From Nemertoderma westbladi (lineage: Eukaryota; Animalia; Xenacoelomorpha): DNA of 64,000 nucleotides. This document shows, in pieces, positions 48,602 to 60,124 of the stretch. Under the pieces are notes generated by a model. It was not told the DNA's origin and did not search any database. It saw nothing but the letters and a program-made list of their open reading frames with translations. Positions within the stretch are counted from its first letter, which is position 1; each line of letters begins with the position of its first letter. The DNA lies in NCBI GenBank assembly GCA_032718475.1, contig JAUCBJ010003862.1:1-64000 (forward strand). Direction: 5' to 3'. Both the position numbers and the translations under genes were made by a program.

Positions 48602-48695
48602 TCACAATTTTAGAGTGAGAACTATGGTGTCAATTTATTACAGCGATACGGTTTAAAATTTATCACTTGTAATATTTTTCGTATTTATTATTATT

Positions 48696-49760
48696 ATGGC
48701 CTTAACGCAAAAAACCGGAGCAACAAATAGCTGGAAATTTACTTACAATAAATATACTTGTACCGTCGTTCACAGCAAGTATTTTATTGTGGAATCTCAG
48801 GAGGACAACGAATCAATTTGTTTTTCCCATCAAGATACCCGCTATTTGTTAGACATTCTAGAAACAACCAACAACAACCAACATCAATCCAGACCAGCAA
48901 TTATACCAGGTAGGATATATCCCACTCTTCGTTTTGCGCGGGGAAATTTGAATATTTCCATCAACCCCACATCGGGTGATGTTTACGTTCAGAAACAAGG
49001 CAAATGTAAAGTTCTCAACAAAGCTTTTACTGAAGTTCTAATTCAATACAGAGGGAAATTATTGCAATTTCTCTCTCCACCACTAGAGATTATTAGCGAT
49101 CAATTCTACATTGAATTATCAAATCCAGAGTTTATTGGATTTGTAACAGCTTTTAAAGGAACCAACTATGTTGGCTTATGGAAAATCAGCCTCAGATACG
49201 CTGATAGTGTTGGTTTTAACTATTATACAGGTTTCAATTTGTCAGAACAGGAACTAACTGTTTTGTTGCGAGAGTGGGACAACCAAGTCGATGAAACAGA
49301 CAAGCATCTTTTTGATAAAAATATCATTCAATTATCAGACCGTCTCAAAATGATTAAAACCAATAATAAAAAAATTATTATCACCAACACCGATAATTCT
49401 ACTGAAGTAGGGGCCGGCGGAAATTCTATCGAGTTGCATTACTTGAATGATAAAGCCCATATTAGTTTTCTCAAAGAGGCTATGGATGGCGTTTCTCTTA
49501 TTGAAGCCAATGTTTACGGTTTTGTCCTTTTGGATAAACCTAAAGCTTTCGTAGAGATCCCATCACCTAATCCGGATGTTGAAGAGAGTTGCTCTCAACC
49601 GCAACAGGTCTTTCCTGAAATATTACCTCGGAAGCCAAGATCATCGAGTAAATTTACCAACACATCACCTGCAAAGAAACAGAAAGTTGTCAGTAACCCA
49701 GCTCTAGTAGAGCCTGTTACTAATTCTCCATGGAAACCTGATTATTATCCTAATATGTAA
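48696..49760 (+). CDS. Polinton protein with a PC4-like ssDNA-binding domain
   Basis: FVTAFKGTNYVGLWK...GFNLSEQELTVL resembles the PC4 pattern V..F.G..YV.IR...GI.L...QW..L. Confidence 0.55.
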   Translation: MALTQKTGATNSWKFTYNKYTCTVVHSKYFIVESQEDNESICFSHQDTRYLLDILETTNNNQHQSRPAIIPGRIYPTLRFARGNLNISINPTSGDVYVQKQGKCKVLNKAFTEVLIQYRGKLLQFLSPPLEIISDQFYIELSNPEFIGFVTAFKGTNYVGLWKISLRYADSVGFNYYTGFNLSEQELTVLLREWDNQVDETDKHLFDKNIIQLSDRLKMIKTNNKKIIITNTDNSTEVGAGGNSIELHYLNDKAHISFLKEAMDGVSLIEANVYGFVLLDKPKAFVEIPSPNPDVEESCSQPQQVFPEILPRKPRSSSKFTNTSPAKKQKVVSNPALVEPVTNSPWKPDYYPNM

Positions 49761-49961
49761 ACCTAATCATAAGTTAAACTCTTTGTGGTTTCTAATAGTC
49801 ATAAGCGATTGGTGATTGGTGATTGGTTTAAAATTATTTCCCTCACTAGCATATAAATGTTTAGATATAGTCAATAACATTTCATTTCATTTCATTTTAA
49901 TCTTTGGACATATTTTATTATTATTATTATTATTTATCTAAACAAACTAACAAACTTCAAC

Positions 49962-52900
49962 ATGGATAAAATAACAATATGTTGTTCATTCTGTCATATG
50001 AATATAACTAGACATAATTACTTACGCCACCTACGGTCACATTTTGAAAGTTATTCTTGTTTTAAGTGTCATGTTGTGACTTCATGCAGCGAAATTTGTA
50101 AACGACATGAATCGACTACTGGTTGTAAAGAAATGGAGTTCCGTACCTATCAATTGACTTGTTCTACCTGTAATAAAGAGTATACATATGAGAATTATAT
50201 ACGACACGACTGTCACTTGAAATGTTACTACACAAGAAAGCGTAAATTTCCGCAACATAAAAATATAATATCCAGAAAAAACTTGGTGCTTGGTACATGC
50301 GCAACAATTTTTACGCGGAAACAAGAAGCTCACGATAATCGTCTTGAAATTTATGTCCACGACCTCCCAACTTCTAGAGATTATCCCGATGTAGAAACAG
50401 CATTAGCACAAATTCGAGGTAATATTCTTCAGTTAATATTAGATAGATTGAAAGAAATGAATGTTCTTAGACTGTGGTTAGGTCTAAATGTATTAATGTA
50501 CAGATCACATTTTTCAGAAGGCGAGCAATTGGAAACCTTTTATTTTAATTCTTCCGGTGGTGCTATTAATACTGTAGATTCGCCGCAAAGTTTTGACACA
50601 TGGTTTGAGTATGTTGTGGAAAATATATTACAAAAAATAGCCATCTTTAACACACGTGGTTCGGGATGGCGTATTAAATCTTTATTAAGGGTTGAAATTA
50701 AATTAGCTGAATCTAAGTGTAGGTCGTTACTATATAAGGGGCATGGATATATGGAATTACCTAAGGCTCTATCAGCTAAAAAATGTACAATAAATATTCA
50801 AACGGTAGATAATGACTGTTTCAAATGGGCTATTATAGCCGCAAAATTTAGTAGCAAAGTGAAAGATCACAAAAACCGTACTTAATCGTACAAAAATTAT
50901 GAGTCATTTCATTTTTGACAACGGGAACAAAGATTATCCAACAGAGTGGCAGTTAGCGATTAAACTTTTTGAAAAACAAAATTCAAAATATATAATTAAT
51001 TTACTATGTTGGAATAACGACAACAAATGCGCCCCCGTATCTATATTAAGACAACCACCGTTTAGTAAAATTACACCCGATAAAGAGTTATTAAATATAT
51101 TACTTGTAGTAAAAATAACAATGTACCTAAACTGAATCATTATGTTTGCATAACTAACTTGAATCGATTGCTGAATACGAGAGCTCTTCATATCGGGAAT
51201 AGGAAATATTGTGAAAGGTGTTTGGCTCATTTTTTTCAAGCTACTTTTTCATGCTACCAAGGAAGAAGTCAACGAGAGACACTACCTAATAAAAAAAGAA
51301 CACACATTAGTTTTACAAATTTAGATAGAACCTTATCCCCATTGTTTGTCACCTACTTTGATATAGAATGTATCTTACAACCTTCAGTTAATAATCAATT
51401 TATACAGGAGCATATACCGTGTGCTGCGAGTTATTTAATTGTTCCCAATACTAAATTAATTAACCCCCCAAAATGTCATTTGAAAACATTCGTAAAGTCA
51501 AATAATAATAATAATTGTATTCAAGATTTCTTAGATTCATTATATTTTGATTTAACTGAATTATGTTGTTGGTCAGACATATACACTCATAAAACTATGT
51601 CATTTACTAATATTGATTTTGTAAATTTTGAACAGGCAAAATTTTGTTTCTATTGTAATGTTACTTTAAATAATAATGTTGGGAAAAACAGACATCATTC
51701 ACATATTACAGGTAAATATATTGCAGCAGCCTGTAATAGTTGTAACCGAAGTTTATCATTGAAACGATACCTGTATGTACTTTGCGGGCACAATTCCAGT
51801 AATTACGATATACATTGTATATTACAAACCGGATTTAGAGATAAGAAATACACCGATTGGGATATAAAGGTTATACCGAGAAATACAGAACGATATATTT
51901 CACTGAGTGCGTTTATCCCAATTAAAAACACTTCTAAAAAAATTGAGTTACGTTTCTTAGACACATATCAATTTTTAAGCTTTTCCCTAAGTAATTTAGT
52001 TGAGTGTTCAACAAAGGATGTAGCGAGTCATGATATAAGCTCAATTTTACCTATTACTCTACAAGAAATGAAATATTTTTATCCAAACTTGAATAACTCA
52101 ACAATTAAACGGAAAGGAGTATTTCCATACGAGTACTTGACAGATATTAATAAATTTAATGATACTGGTTTGCCGTCTATAAATAATTTTTTTAGTAACT
52201 TAACACAAAAAACATGCACAATTGAAGATTATAGGTTTGCAGGATTATCATGGGTAGAATTCGACTGTGTGAATCTCAAAGATTATCTTTTAGCCTATTT
52301 AAAACTCGATGTTTGTTTGCTTGCTGATATATTTGAGAATTTTAGGAATGTTTGTAAACAAAATTACGATTTAGAAGTGGTTTTTTACTGTAGTATTGCG
52401 TCATTTACCTATGATTGCGCGCTAAAATATAATAAATGTAAAATAGAATTAATAAAGGATTATCAAACATATAGAGATTTTGAAAAATCAATTAGGGGTG
52501 GTGTTTCATTTTGTCGAAAGCATTATATAGAATCAAATATACCTGGAACAAGTACATATGATTCTACTAAGGAAGAATGTCATATTTTTAATATTGATTT
52601 CAACTCTTTATATTCTGGGAATTTAAGTAAAAAACTACCCACCTCGCAATTCAAAGAAGTAAGTATTAAACATTTAGAGAATGCAATTCCAGAAAAACTA
52701 ATCGAGTACTTGGTAGATTTAGACATTGATGGATCTACTGGATATTTTTTAATATGTGATTTAAATTATCCCAAGGCTATTCACGATCAAACATTACAAT
52801 TACCGTTAGCCCCTGAGCATTTAAGTATAAATGAAACAATGCTTTCGCCTTATATGAGGGAACAATTTAATAATTTATCGATACAAAGAGGTACCTCCCG

Positions 52901-53600
52901 TAAATATAGGATGTCTACACCAAAACTCTTGCTGACGCAATTTGATAAAGAGTTTTATCATTTACATTTGAAACTGTTAAAATTTTATATAAAACATGGA
53001 TTAATTGTTACTAAACTACATAAATTATATTCTTTTCAACAAGAATTTGTATTTAAAAATTACATAGATTTTAATATTAATCAAAGGCACCTAGCAAAAA
53101 GTTACATTGAAACTGCTGTCGCGAAATTGCTCAATAATTCACTGTTTGGCAAATCAATAGAGAGGATACGAGACCGATGTAACTTTCGTATCGCAAATAG
53201 CAACGATAAATGCGATCAATTGGTAAATCGTATTAATCATGAACAATTTATAATATACAATAATACATTATCGGGACATTTATTAGTGAAAGACTCTGTA
53301 ACTCTCGATAAGCCTATATTTATTGGTAGCGCTGTGTTGGACTTGGCTAAATTGGATATGTATGAGCTGTACAATAAATTGCTACCTATTGAGAAAGAAT
53401 TAAACTGTCGTATTGAAATTGCCGCATCAGACACTGACTCATTGATAGGTTGTTATTATAATACATCGCAGAATAATTTTTTAAAAGCATTAATTAAAAA
53501 TAATATTTTAGATACTTCCAATTACCCTAAGGATCACCCCCTCTTGGCTTAATAAAAATCAATCGCTTCCTTGGGGGCACTATAAAACAAACCTCAAAAA
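49962..53600 (+). pseudogene. Protein-primed family B DNA polymerase (N-terminal zinc fingers, endonuclease VII-like insert); disrupted
   Basis: GSGW, DCFKWAI, YFDIEC, CFYC...HHSHITGKYIAAACNSCN, HNSSNYD, FLDTYQF, KGVFPYEY, YLKLDV, SIRGG, DFNSLY, KLLNNSLFGK, DTDSL; breaks near 50885 and 51135-51159; C-terminal SLPWGHYK is out of frame after 53552. Confidence 0.92.
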
Positions 53601-53629
53601 ACCTATAAAAATATCAAATTTACCAATTT

Positions 53630-54214
53630 ATGAAGAACCAAAAGACGACGGTGTTGATGATGATGAATTATCAAATAGTAAATAAAAATATAAGTTGTAA
53701 GCAGATTATTTATGGACTTAATTTAAAAGAATTAAAAAATCAATTGAATGGTAAAATTGTACTCAAACCTAATCAGTTTATATATAAGGTATTTGGTGCA
53801 ACTATATTAATGTTTACAAATGGACGAATAACAATTCTCGGTAGAAAATATAATTTTAATAAAGTGAAAAAACATATATTAGAAAAAACAAACATTAATT
53901 TGATTTTTAAATCAATCAATTTGTGTACTTATATTTTTAGTATCGATACTGTAATTTATAGGTTACTTATAAACAATATCGGGTTTTATGTTATATTTGA
54001 TAATGTTAAACTAGAAATTTCATACGACCCTGAAATATTCAATAACTGTAAAGTCAGAATAAATAATATTGTTTTTGTTTGCTGTTTCTACACTGGTAAA
54101 TATACATTAATGTGTTCCCCGTTTAAATTTCATATATATTATCCTATATTCATCAAACTGGTTAATAATTTATTATTGTTTGGTGTGGGGGTTTTTGATG
54201 TAAAATATAATTAG
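53630..54214 (+). CDS. TATA-binding protein (TBP)-like protein
   Basis: Two pseudo-repeats, ATILMFTNGRITILG and SYDPEIFNNCKVR...VCCFYTGKYTLM, resemble TBP TALIFSSGKMVCTG and YEPELFPGLIYR...LIFVSGKVVLTG. Confidence 0.7.
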   Translation: MKNQKTTVLMMMNYQIVNKNISCKQIIYGLNLKELKNQLNGKIVLKPNQFIYKVFGATILMFTNGRITILGRKYNFNKVKKHILEKTNINLIFKSINLCTYIFSIDTVIYRLLINNIGFYVIFDNVKLEISYDPEIFNNCKVRINNIVFVCCFYTGKYTLMCSPFKFHIYYPIFIKLVNNLLLFGVGVFDVKYN

Positions 54215-54903
54215 TGTGAGTGAAATTTATTGTTGTTGCTGTTTGGTGGTGGAGATTTTTACTGTAAAATATATATATATATTAAATTGGAGGGAGAAGA
54301 AATTTATGAATATTTTTTTTTAAATCAACAACTAGTTTGATGGGAAATTAACTAACTAACTTCAGTAGAGCGATTGCCTGTAACACTCAAGTAGGCATAG
54401 TATACTCAGCAGCCGTAGCTAGCTAGCTAGCTAACTAAGCATTGTTGCTCACGGGTGAGCTACAATAGCGCATCTGTTACTTATGAGTGTGCGTGTGTAC
54501 AGCAGGCAACGCTAAGCTCAGTGAGAAAAAAATTAGGGGTATGTGCTGGTATTCATAGTCAAAGACGACGCCATCCTATCTGTTACTAGTCTGTATACAG
54601 GCACATATTATTATTAAAACATCCGCTATGCATCTCCCTACATTCAGAATAGAACAATGAACAGAGCATATATCGCTAATCCGCATGGGAAAGGTTTATG
54701 TTCTACATTTTGTTAACTATGTGAATTTTGTAATGTAAACATCTGCGACCCACTACAAAAATATATATAAACTCAATTTTCAAACAATGACCTATAATTT
54801 TGTTAACCAAAATAAGAAAAAAAATAAAAATACCGGTATACTGTATCCACCCTGTCTGTTACCCTTAGACTATATATATAAACTAACCTGAGACAGCAAG
54901 AAG

Positions 54904-55305
54904 ATGACTTTCGCCTATATCAACAACCGGTCGTTGAAAAGCAGCATAAAGTTCGATTTTGAGAGTGAGGATACTTTTGTGTCATCCTCAAACGTATCTG
55001 ATTTGGAAATCAGATACATTAATAAAAAATTTGAAATCGGATTTACCAATATCATCAATCACGAACACGGTGTTACAAAGTTAGAAACAACAAAAAACTT
55101 TACTTTGAACATAAGAATAAATCCAGGAATGGAAGAAGAAGAAGAAGTTACCGGTAATCAAAACGAATTAATACCACTACAAGAGAATTGGGAAACAGAG
55201 ACCGCTGCAACTATACCAGAACCGATGGAGACTGTTTGGAAAGAAATTAAACTAGCAACGCCTACCTGTAATAATAATAGGCCTAATCATCAACATTTTT
55301 CATAG
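54904..55305 (+). CDS. Hypothetical Polinton protein (acidic C-terminus)
   Basis: 133-aa ORF preceded by TATATATATAAA about 30 bp upstream; no recognisable motif. Confidence 0.45.
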   Translation: MTFAYINNRSLKSSIKFDFESEDTFVSSSNVSDLEIRYINKKFEIGFTNIINHEHGVTKLETTKNFTLNIRINPGMEEEEEVTGNQNELIPLQENWETETAATIPEPMETVWKEIKLATPTCNNNRPNHQHFS

Positions 55306-56210
55306 ATGGATACTGCTATCTAACTAGTACACCTGTACACCCGTACACTCATACTCATTTCTGCATTTATAAAGCTGTAAAGTAGACCTAAATTTTACCG
55401 GTCTGTGTATGTCTATATTATATGTAATTTAACTTAAAAAGCGGACGCATAAATAAATAAAATAAACTAACTAACTATGTTTTATATAGGATCGTTAACA
55501 TAGAGTGAATGTTAGTAACCAGAGAATGTGGTGGATTTTATATAGTTATACCTCAAACCACACCTATTGTATCAGCTAGAGTAACAGAGTGCGAGGGGAT
55601 TTTATAGGGCCTATAGCGCTACTGACGCCTAACCATACCTATTGTATCAATGTGGTGGAGGGCTTTCAGTTGAGGAGTACCGTTGTCATTAGGCCTATAT
55701 GTCTAACGAATGAATGTGTGCCTATCCGTGTGTTCTAAAGGTTAACCGTAAAGCATATTGGGTCAACATTCGAAAAGGGGGCCGCATAAAGTTAACTATA
55801 GCTGTATAGGCTTATCTATGCAACAGTAGCACGCAGTAATGTAGATTAGACCAATTAAAGTTGTAAACAGAAAATTGGAAGCATTCAAGTGTAATAGCCT
55901 AATCCTTAAATCAAAGAAACCAGCATGCTCTTGTGCTATCCAAGTATACAGGTACAAGAGTGCTACGGTGCTGGTACCAGTAGGCCTATTGTTAGGTGGG
56001 CCTCCTCTAATGCTGCATTCACGAACCCCCATGTCGACTTAATTTAATTTTATTATTAGTAAGTACGGTACCGGTAACGCTAAAGCTCTATGGTTGCTGT
56101 CGGGGCCATTCTGCCGTTCTACAGTTTAGCATTGTTGGTATATGTAGTAAAATCAGCTAGCTACTGGTAGTTAAACTCTGATACAACCGCCGGCTACTGG
56201 TAGGTGCGGG

Positions 56211-56236
56211 GTGTTTGTGTGTGTGTGTGTGTGTGT
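56211..56236. repeat. (GT)n microsatellite
   Basis: Directly visible. Confidence 0.9.
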
Positions 56237-56359
56237 AAACTTAAGCCCTACACCTTCAGTCAAACTGAGATATTAAAAAATAGATTTTAATGTTTTTATT
56301 ATTTTTATTGACATTAAAACAATTATATTATCCCATCACATTACATGCTTAGAGTAAAC

Positions 56360-56956
56360 CTACAGTACATCTTCCACCGCAGTTATTTCTTTCTGTTTAT
56401 CATCATCAGTCGCAGTTAAACGCTTTCTCATGAAAAAGTGTAGCATCTCATACCACCCAACGCGTTTTGCTGAGCAATACCGCAGACAGTTATCCTTTGT
56501 GTTTAAGTGGAACGCACATTTATTTTCTAGTGTAGTAAATTGATCGTGGAAGCGGCAGGGGGTTAAATAATCGTGATATTGCTTATATATTCCCAATTTC
56601 TCCACCGAATTTGGCGCGAGAACATCGAGTTGGGTGTTTAATATTGCCCGCTTCATCAACCCAAATACATATATATTTTTTTTATATTTTAAATATCTCT
56701 TCATATATTTTTTAAAGTCATCTTGAGAAATGTCACCGTAGTCCCATGGCAAATGAGAAGTCATGTCTCGTAAATTGTTTACGTGAGCTACATCTAAAGC
56801 TGATAACTTAATATTAGACGGGCCTTTAATTAAAAACGTCTTTACATTAGTTTTGGTGTAATTAGAATCGAATATAGCAAATTCTTTAAATTCTACCGGA
56901 TACTCTTTATTGTCTATCTTATAATATTGAAAATCAGCAAAAATAATATTATCCAT
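56360..56956 (-). CDS. DEDD/DnaQ-fold (Maelstrom-like) nuclease of Polintons
   Basis: IIFADFQYY...FKEFAIF, HLPWDYGDI, IYVFGLMKRAIL and a C-terminal CAFH...YCS pattern. Confidence 0.6.
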   Translation of the reverse strand: MDNIIFADFQYYKIDNKEYPVEFKEFAIFDSNYTKTNVKTFLIKGPSNIKLSALDVAHVNNLRDMTSHLPWDYGDISQDDFKKYMKRYLKYKKNIYVFGLMKRAILNTQLDVLAPNSVEKLGIYKQYHDYLTPCRFHDQFTTLENKCAFHLNTKDNCLRYCSAKRVGWYEMLHFFMRKRLTATDDDKQKEITAVEDVL

Positions 56957-56987
56957 TTTATCTGATAAACAAAAGTTAAATGATTAA

Positions 56988-57440
56988 TTACAACGCTTTT
57001 TGGTTTATTTTATAATAATTAACAAGCCATTTATATAATATTATTTCATTTATTTCCACATTATTTGTAAACGCACTCATTGGATAGTTTGTGTGAATTC
57101 GATTTACTAAGTAATAAAGACAGTATAGACCGCATATGGTCCTCCTTGGGTCTTGAAATTGTTTGCGAGTAGTACGCCACCTTGCGGAATTTTTCTCAAG
57201 CCATTTTTCGATGCATCTGTTTGGATATTTTGATCCGAATGAATCAAATAATTCAGCCTCATTATCTCGTATATATATCGCGATCCAATGAATCCCGGGT
57301 AGATGCTCTTTATCGGTATTTACTATTAACCCATAATCTCTTCACTTATTATTATCTAATTTAGGTAATTTATTAGCTGGAAACGCTCCCAAATAATGAC
57401 CACCCACTGGAAACATATCAAGGTCCTCTGTAGATAACAT
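56988..57440 (-). pseudogene. Adenain-like cysteine protease with one in-frame TGA (not in the ORF track)
   Basis: Manual translation: YLGAFPANKLP...*...IVNTDKEHLPGIHWIAI...LFDSFG...FQDPRRTICGLYCLYYL; TGA at 57342-57344. Confidence 0.88.
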
Positions 57441-57442
57441 AC

Positions 57443-58702
57443 TTAATCGATATGTATTTCTTTCCTGCTATTTAAACTTAATGATTGATCATAAATATTA
57501 AAAACGATTACATTTATGGTTTCAACCAACGGTTCGGCAAATCTTAATTTTAATTGGCCGTTAGTATATATCGACGGTTGCGGATCTCTAACATAGCCGT
57601 CGGCGGTTAAGTCCCAGGATAGGATGGGGCAATTACCTAAGTAGGTTTCATGGTCTATATTATTACCTCCATAACCGTTAATATATGTATTAATGTTCTT
57701 CATTAATTGAGTATACTCAAAAATATATGTTCCATCTGTAAAATTAGGCTCGTATATTACACCACCTACTGGAAGACCGTCTACAATCAGTTCCGCGCGT
57801 CTAAGGTTAAAATGTTCAAATTTCAAGGGATTGCTAATTAATTCTCCCGAATAAGCGTTATTTGTTATGAAGCCGATAATAACTAATTTGGGTTTTTTAC
57901 CATCAAATATGTTTGTTTGGGTGAAATTTGTGGTTTGAGCGGGAATAGTAAATGTTGTAACCTCCTTTTTTTGAAATTGATATTCAATATCGTAACTCTC
58001 TAAACCTTTTAGGTGACTGCTTTCTATTACAGGATTAACCTCCATTCTAGGGATTAGGATCTTTATTTCATCTAATTCTAGCCGAAGATTTGTCACCGCG
58101 TTTGCGTTTGGAGTGATTTTAAAAATAAACGAATTTGATACTTTTCTAAAATGCATTCTTAAATCATACCCGGGTTGTATTATTTTGCTTTCAGTATCAA
58201 AATCAATCGTCAATCCTCTTACAAATTGCATTTGCTTACTAAAGGCATCGCCAATAGGATGCGCGCCGGGGTCAATTTCATTTCCGTGCTCAGATAAAGG
58301 TTGATGAAAGCCACCCGCACCCAGTAGCCCATTTTTATCCTCGTAAGTTGTAAATAGTAAATTGGATAAGTACGACTTGTAGAAATAATGGTTATTGCTA
58401 TTTTCAACCTGCTTCTCATTAAGGTCTATTTTAATATCACTCCACATAGTTTCAGCGGGGTAATTCAGCATATATATAAGGGAGTTTTCAAGTCGTCTAT
58501 CCCATCGTACAGTACATTTTGTAATTAATAACGCATCTTGCAGTTTCGTATAGAATTCATTGGATCTTGGTACAAGGAACGTGACTTCCCTAGACTCACT
58601 TCTGAGATTAGATACGGGGTAAATTGTTTCATAATGCTTTGCTTTAAATTCAGTCTGTATTGGCTGTGTAAATAATAAATCTAATTCCTTAATAATTGAC
58701 AT
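57443..58702 (-). CDS. Polinton major capsid protein (double jelly roll, hexon-like)
   Basis: ELDLLF..PIQT, YFYKSYLSNLL, PKLVIIGF..N.AYSG...NPLKFEHFNL, L.LRFAEPL. Confidence 0.88.
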   Translation of the reverse strand: MSIIKELDLLFTQPIQTEFKAKHYETIYPVSNLRSESREVTFLVPRSNEFYTKLQDALLITKCTVRWDRRLENSLIYMLNYPAETMWSDIKIDLNEKQVENSNNHYFYKSYLSNLLFTTYEDKNGLLGAGGFHQPLSEHGNEIDPGAHPIGDAFSKQMQFVRGLTIDFDTESKIIQPGYDLRMHFRKVSNSFIFKITPNANAVTNLRLELDEIKILIPRMEVNPVIESSHLKGLESYDIEYQFQKKEVTTFTIPAQTTNFTQTNIFDGKKPKLVIIGFITNNAYSGELISNPLKFEHFNLRRAELIVDGLPVGGVIYEPNFTDGTYIFEYTQLMKNINTYINGYGGNNIDHETYLGNCPILSWDLTADGYVRDPQPSIYTNGQLKLRFAEPLVETINVIVFNIYDQSLSLNSRKEIHID

Positions 58703-58704
58703 TA

Positions 58705-59268
58705 TTAAAAAATACTTTTTTCGCAGTGTTTCAATTTGCTTTTTATTTTTCTATTTTTATTACTACGTCGATGATGTATGTTCATAGACATTGGTCTAGC
58801 GGGTCGCTTTAAATCTCTATAAACTTTTTCTACAACTGACCTTGTTGATGGTTTCATTTTATTTAATGCTTTATTAATAACCGTATTAGCCTGCTGATGT
58901 AAGATCCGCTTACCTTTTGGTATTACGTGTTGTCTCATAAAATTTGTGGTAAATGGTAAAGCTTTTTGTAAAACTTTTTTAGCTAATGGCTTACCAAATT
59001 TTTTCAATGTTGATAAAGCGTCTGTAAATATACCTTCTCCGTGTTGATTTGCCCGCATACCTCTACGATAACGCTGAAAACGACGTTGTTTTAAGTTTGG
59101 ACCAAATGCACCAATTTGTTGACTGTAAGGGTCAATATATGAACCACCTCGAAAAACAGGAACTTGTGTCGAGCCTCTCGTACTTCTACCACCTTTAAAA
59201 ACAGCAAGATTAGAGTCTGAACCACCATATTGAGGTTTACTGTATCTTTGAAATAAATCAGAATCCAT
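58705..59268 (-). CDS. Basic virion core-like protein with protease-cleavage-like GG sites
   Basis: Arg/Lys-rich; QYGG, FKGG, FRGG and QHGEG followed by an amphipathic IFTDALSTLKKFGKPLAKK; lies between penton and major capsid. Confidence 0.6.
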   Translation of the reverse strand: MDSDLFQRYSKPQYGGSDSNLAVFKGGRSTRGSTQVPVFRGGSYIDPYSQQIGAFGPNLKQRRFQRYRRGMRANQHGEGIFTDALSTLKKFGKPLAKKVLQKALPFTTNFMRQHVIPKGKRILHQQANTVINKALNKMKPSTRSVVEKVYRDLKRPARPMSMNIHHRRSNKNRKIKSKLKHCEKSIF

Positions 59269-59278
59269 TTTAATTTAT

Positions 59279-60124
59279 TCATTTAAAGTGTAATGTAATA
59301 GATGTTGTCCCATATTCAAAATTCAAATCTTTTCCTTCTTTGTCTGTTATTTCAATATGAATGTATGTTATCTTATATGACTTTTTTACAGGGATGTAAT
59401 GAATTGTATCCTTGACAAATTCTTTATTTATTACGCTACCATATTTCACGTCATCAGGTATCGCAACACGACGAAGTAAAGCTAAACCAAAGTCATTAAT
59501 ATATTGATTTTCAATTATATTAGTAGTCACGTACATGTTCGACTTAGGTTCTGGAATAGAATTGGGTGGTTGAGGGCATAAAAATACCATCTGGTAAGCT
59601 TTTTCTCCACTTCCGATAACCTTTATTAAATAACCCTTTATATTATTTTTCGTCTTCAAAATAATTTTAAAATTTGGATTTAAATTCGCGCCGAGATTAT
59701 TTTCAGTAATTCCAAAATAATAGGCTAATTGTTGACCTATAAATAACTCTCGCACAGTTTTCCCTAAAATAAATTGCAACCTATTTTGCTGAGTATTTTC
59801 AACTATTTGTAATTTATCTTTCAACGCCCCCGTGTTAAAATAATCTATAATGTCATTGATACTGTAGAACAAACCGGATGGAAGTGTATCCTCAAAAATT
59901 TTTTTTCCTTTTTTTAATAAAATAACATTCTCTACATTATTATACATGGACGGCAACGTAGCTAAGTAAAATATACTTTTTATACCTACCACCCAGTTTT
60001 CGTTTGGGTTTATAGGTAAGGCGCCATGGAAATTGATCTGATAATTACTAGCGCTATTGCGGGGAAAATCAATTGGACAGGAGTTACTTGGTAGTCTTAC
60101 GTAGAATTCATCCATCACTGCCAC
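59279..60124 (-). CDS. Minor capsid protein (penton) paralogue B
   Basis: FYVRLPSNS...FPRNSASNY...WVVG; MYVTTNIIENQ...LLRRV...YIPVKK...IEITDKEG...ITLHFK. Confidence 0.85.
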   Translation of the reverse strand: MAVMDEFYVRLPSNSCPIDFPRNSASNYQINFHGALPINPNENWVVGIKSIFYLATLPSMYNNVENVILLKKGKKIFEDTLPSGLFYSINDIIDYFNTGALKDKLQIVENTQQNRLQFILGKTVRELFIGQQLAYYFGITENNLGANLNPNFKIILKTKNNIKGYLIKVIGSGEKAYQMVFLCPQPPNSIPEPKSNMYVTTNIIENQYINDFGLALLRRVAIPDDVKYGSVINKEFVKDTIHYIPVKKSYKITYIHIEITDKEGKDLNFEYGTTSITLHFK

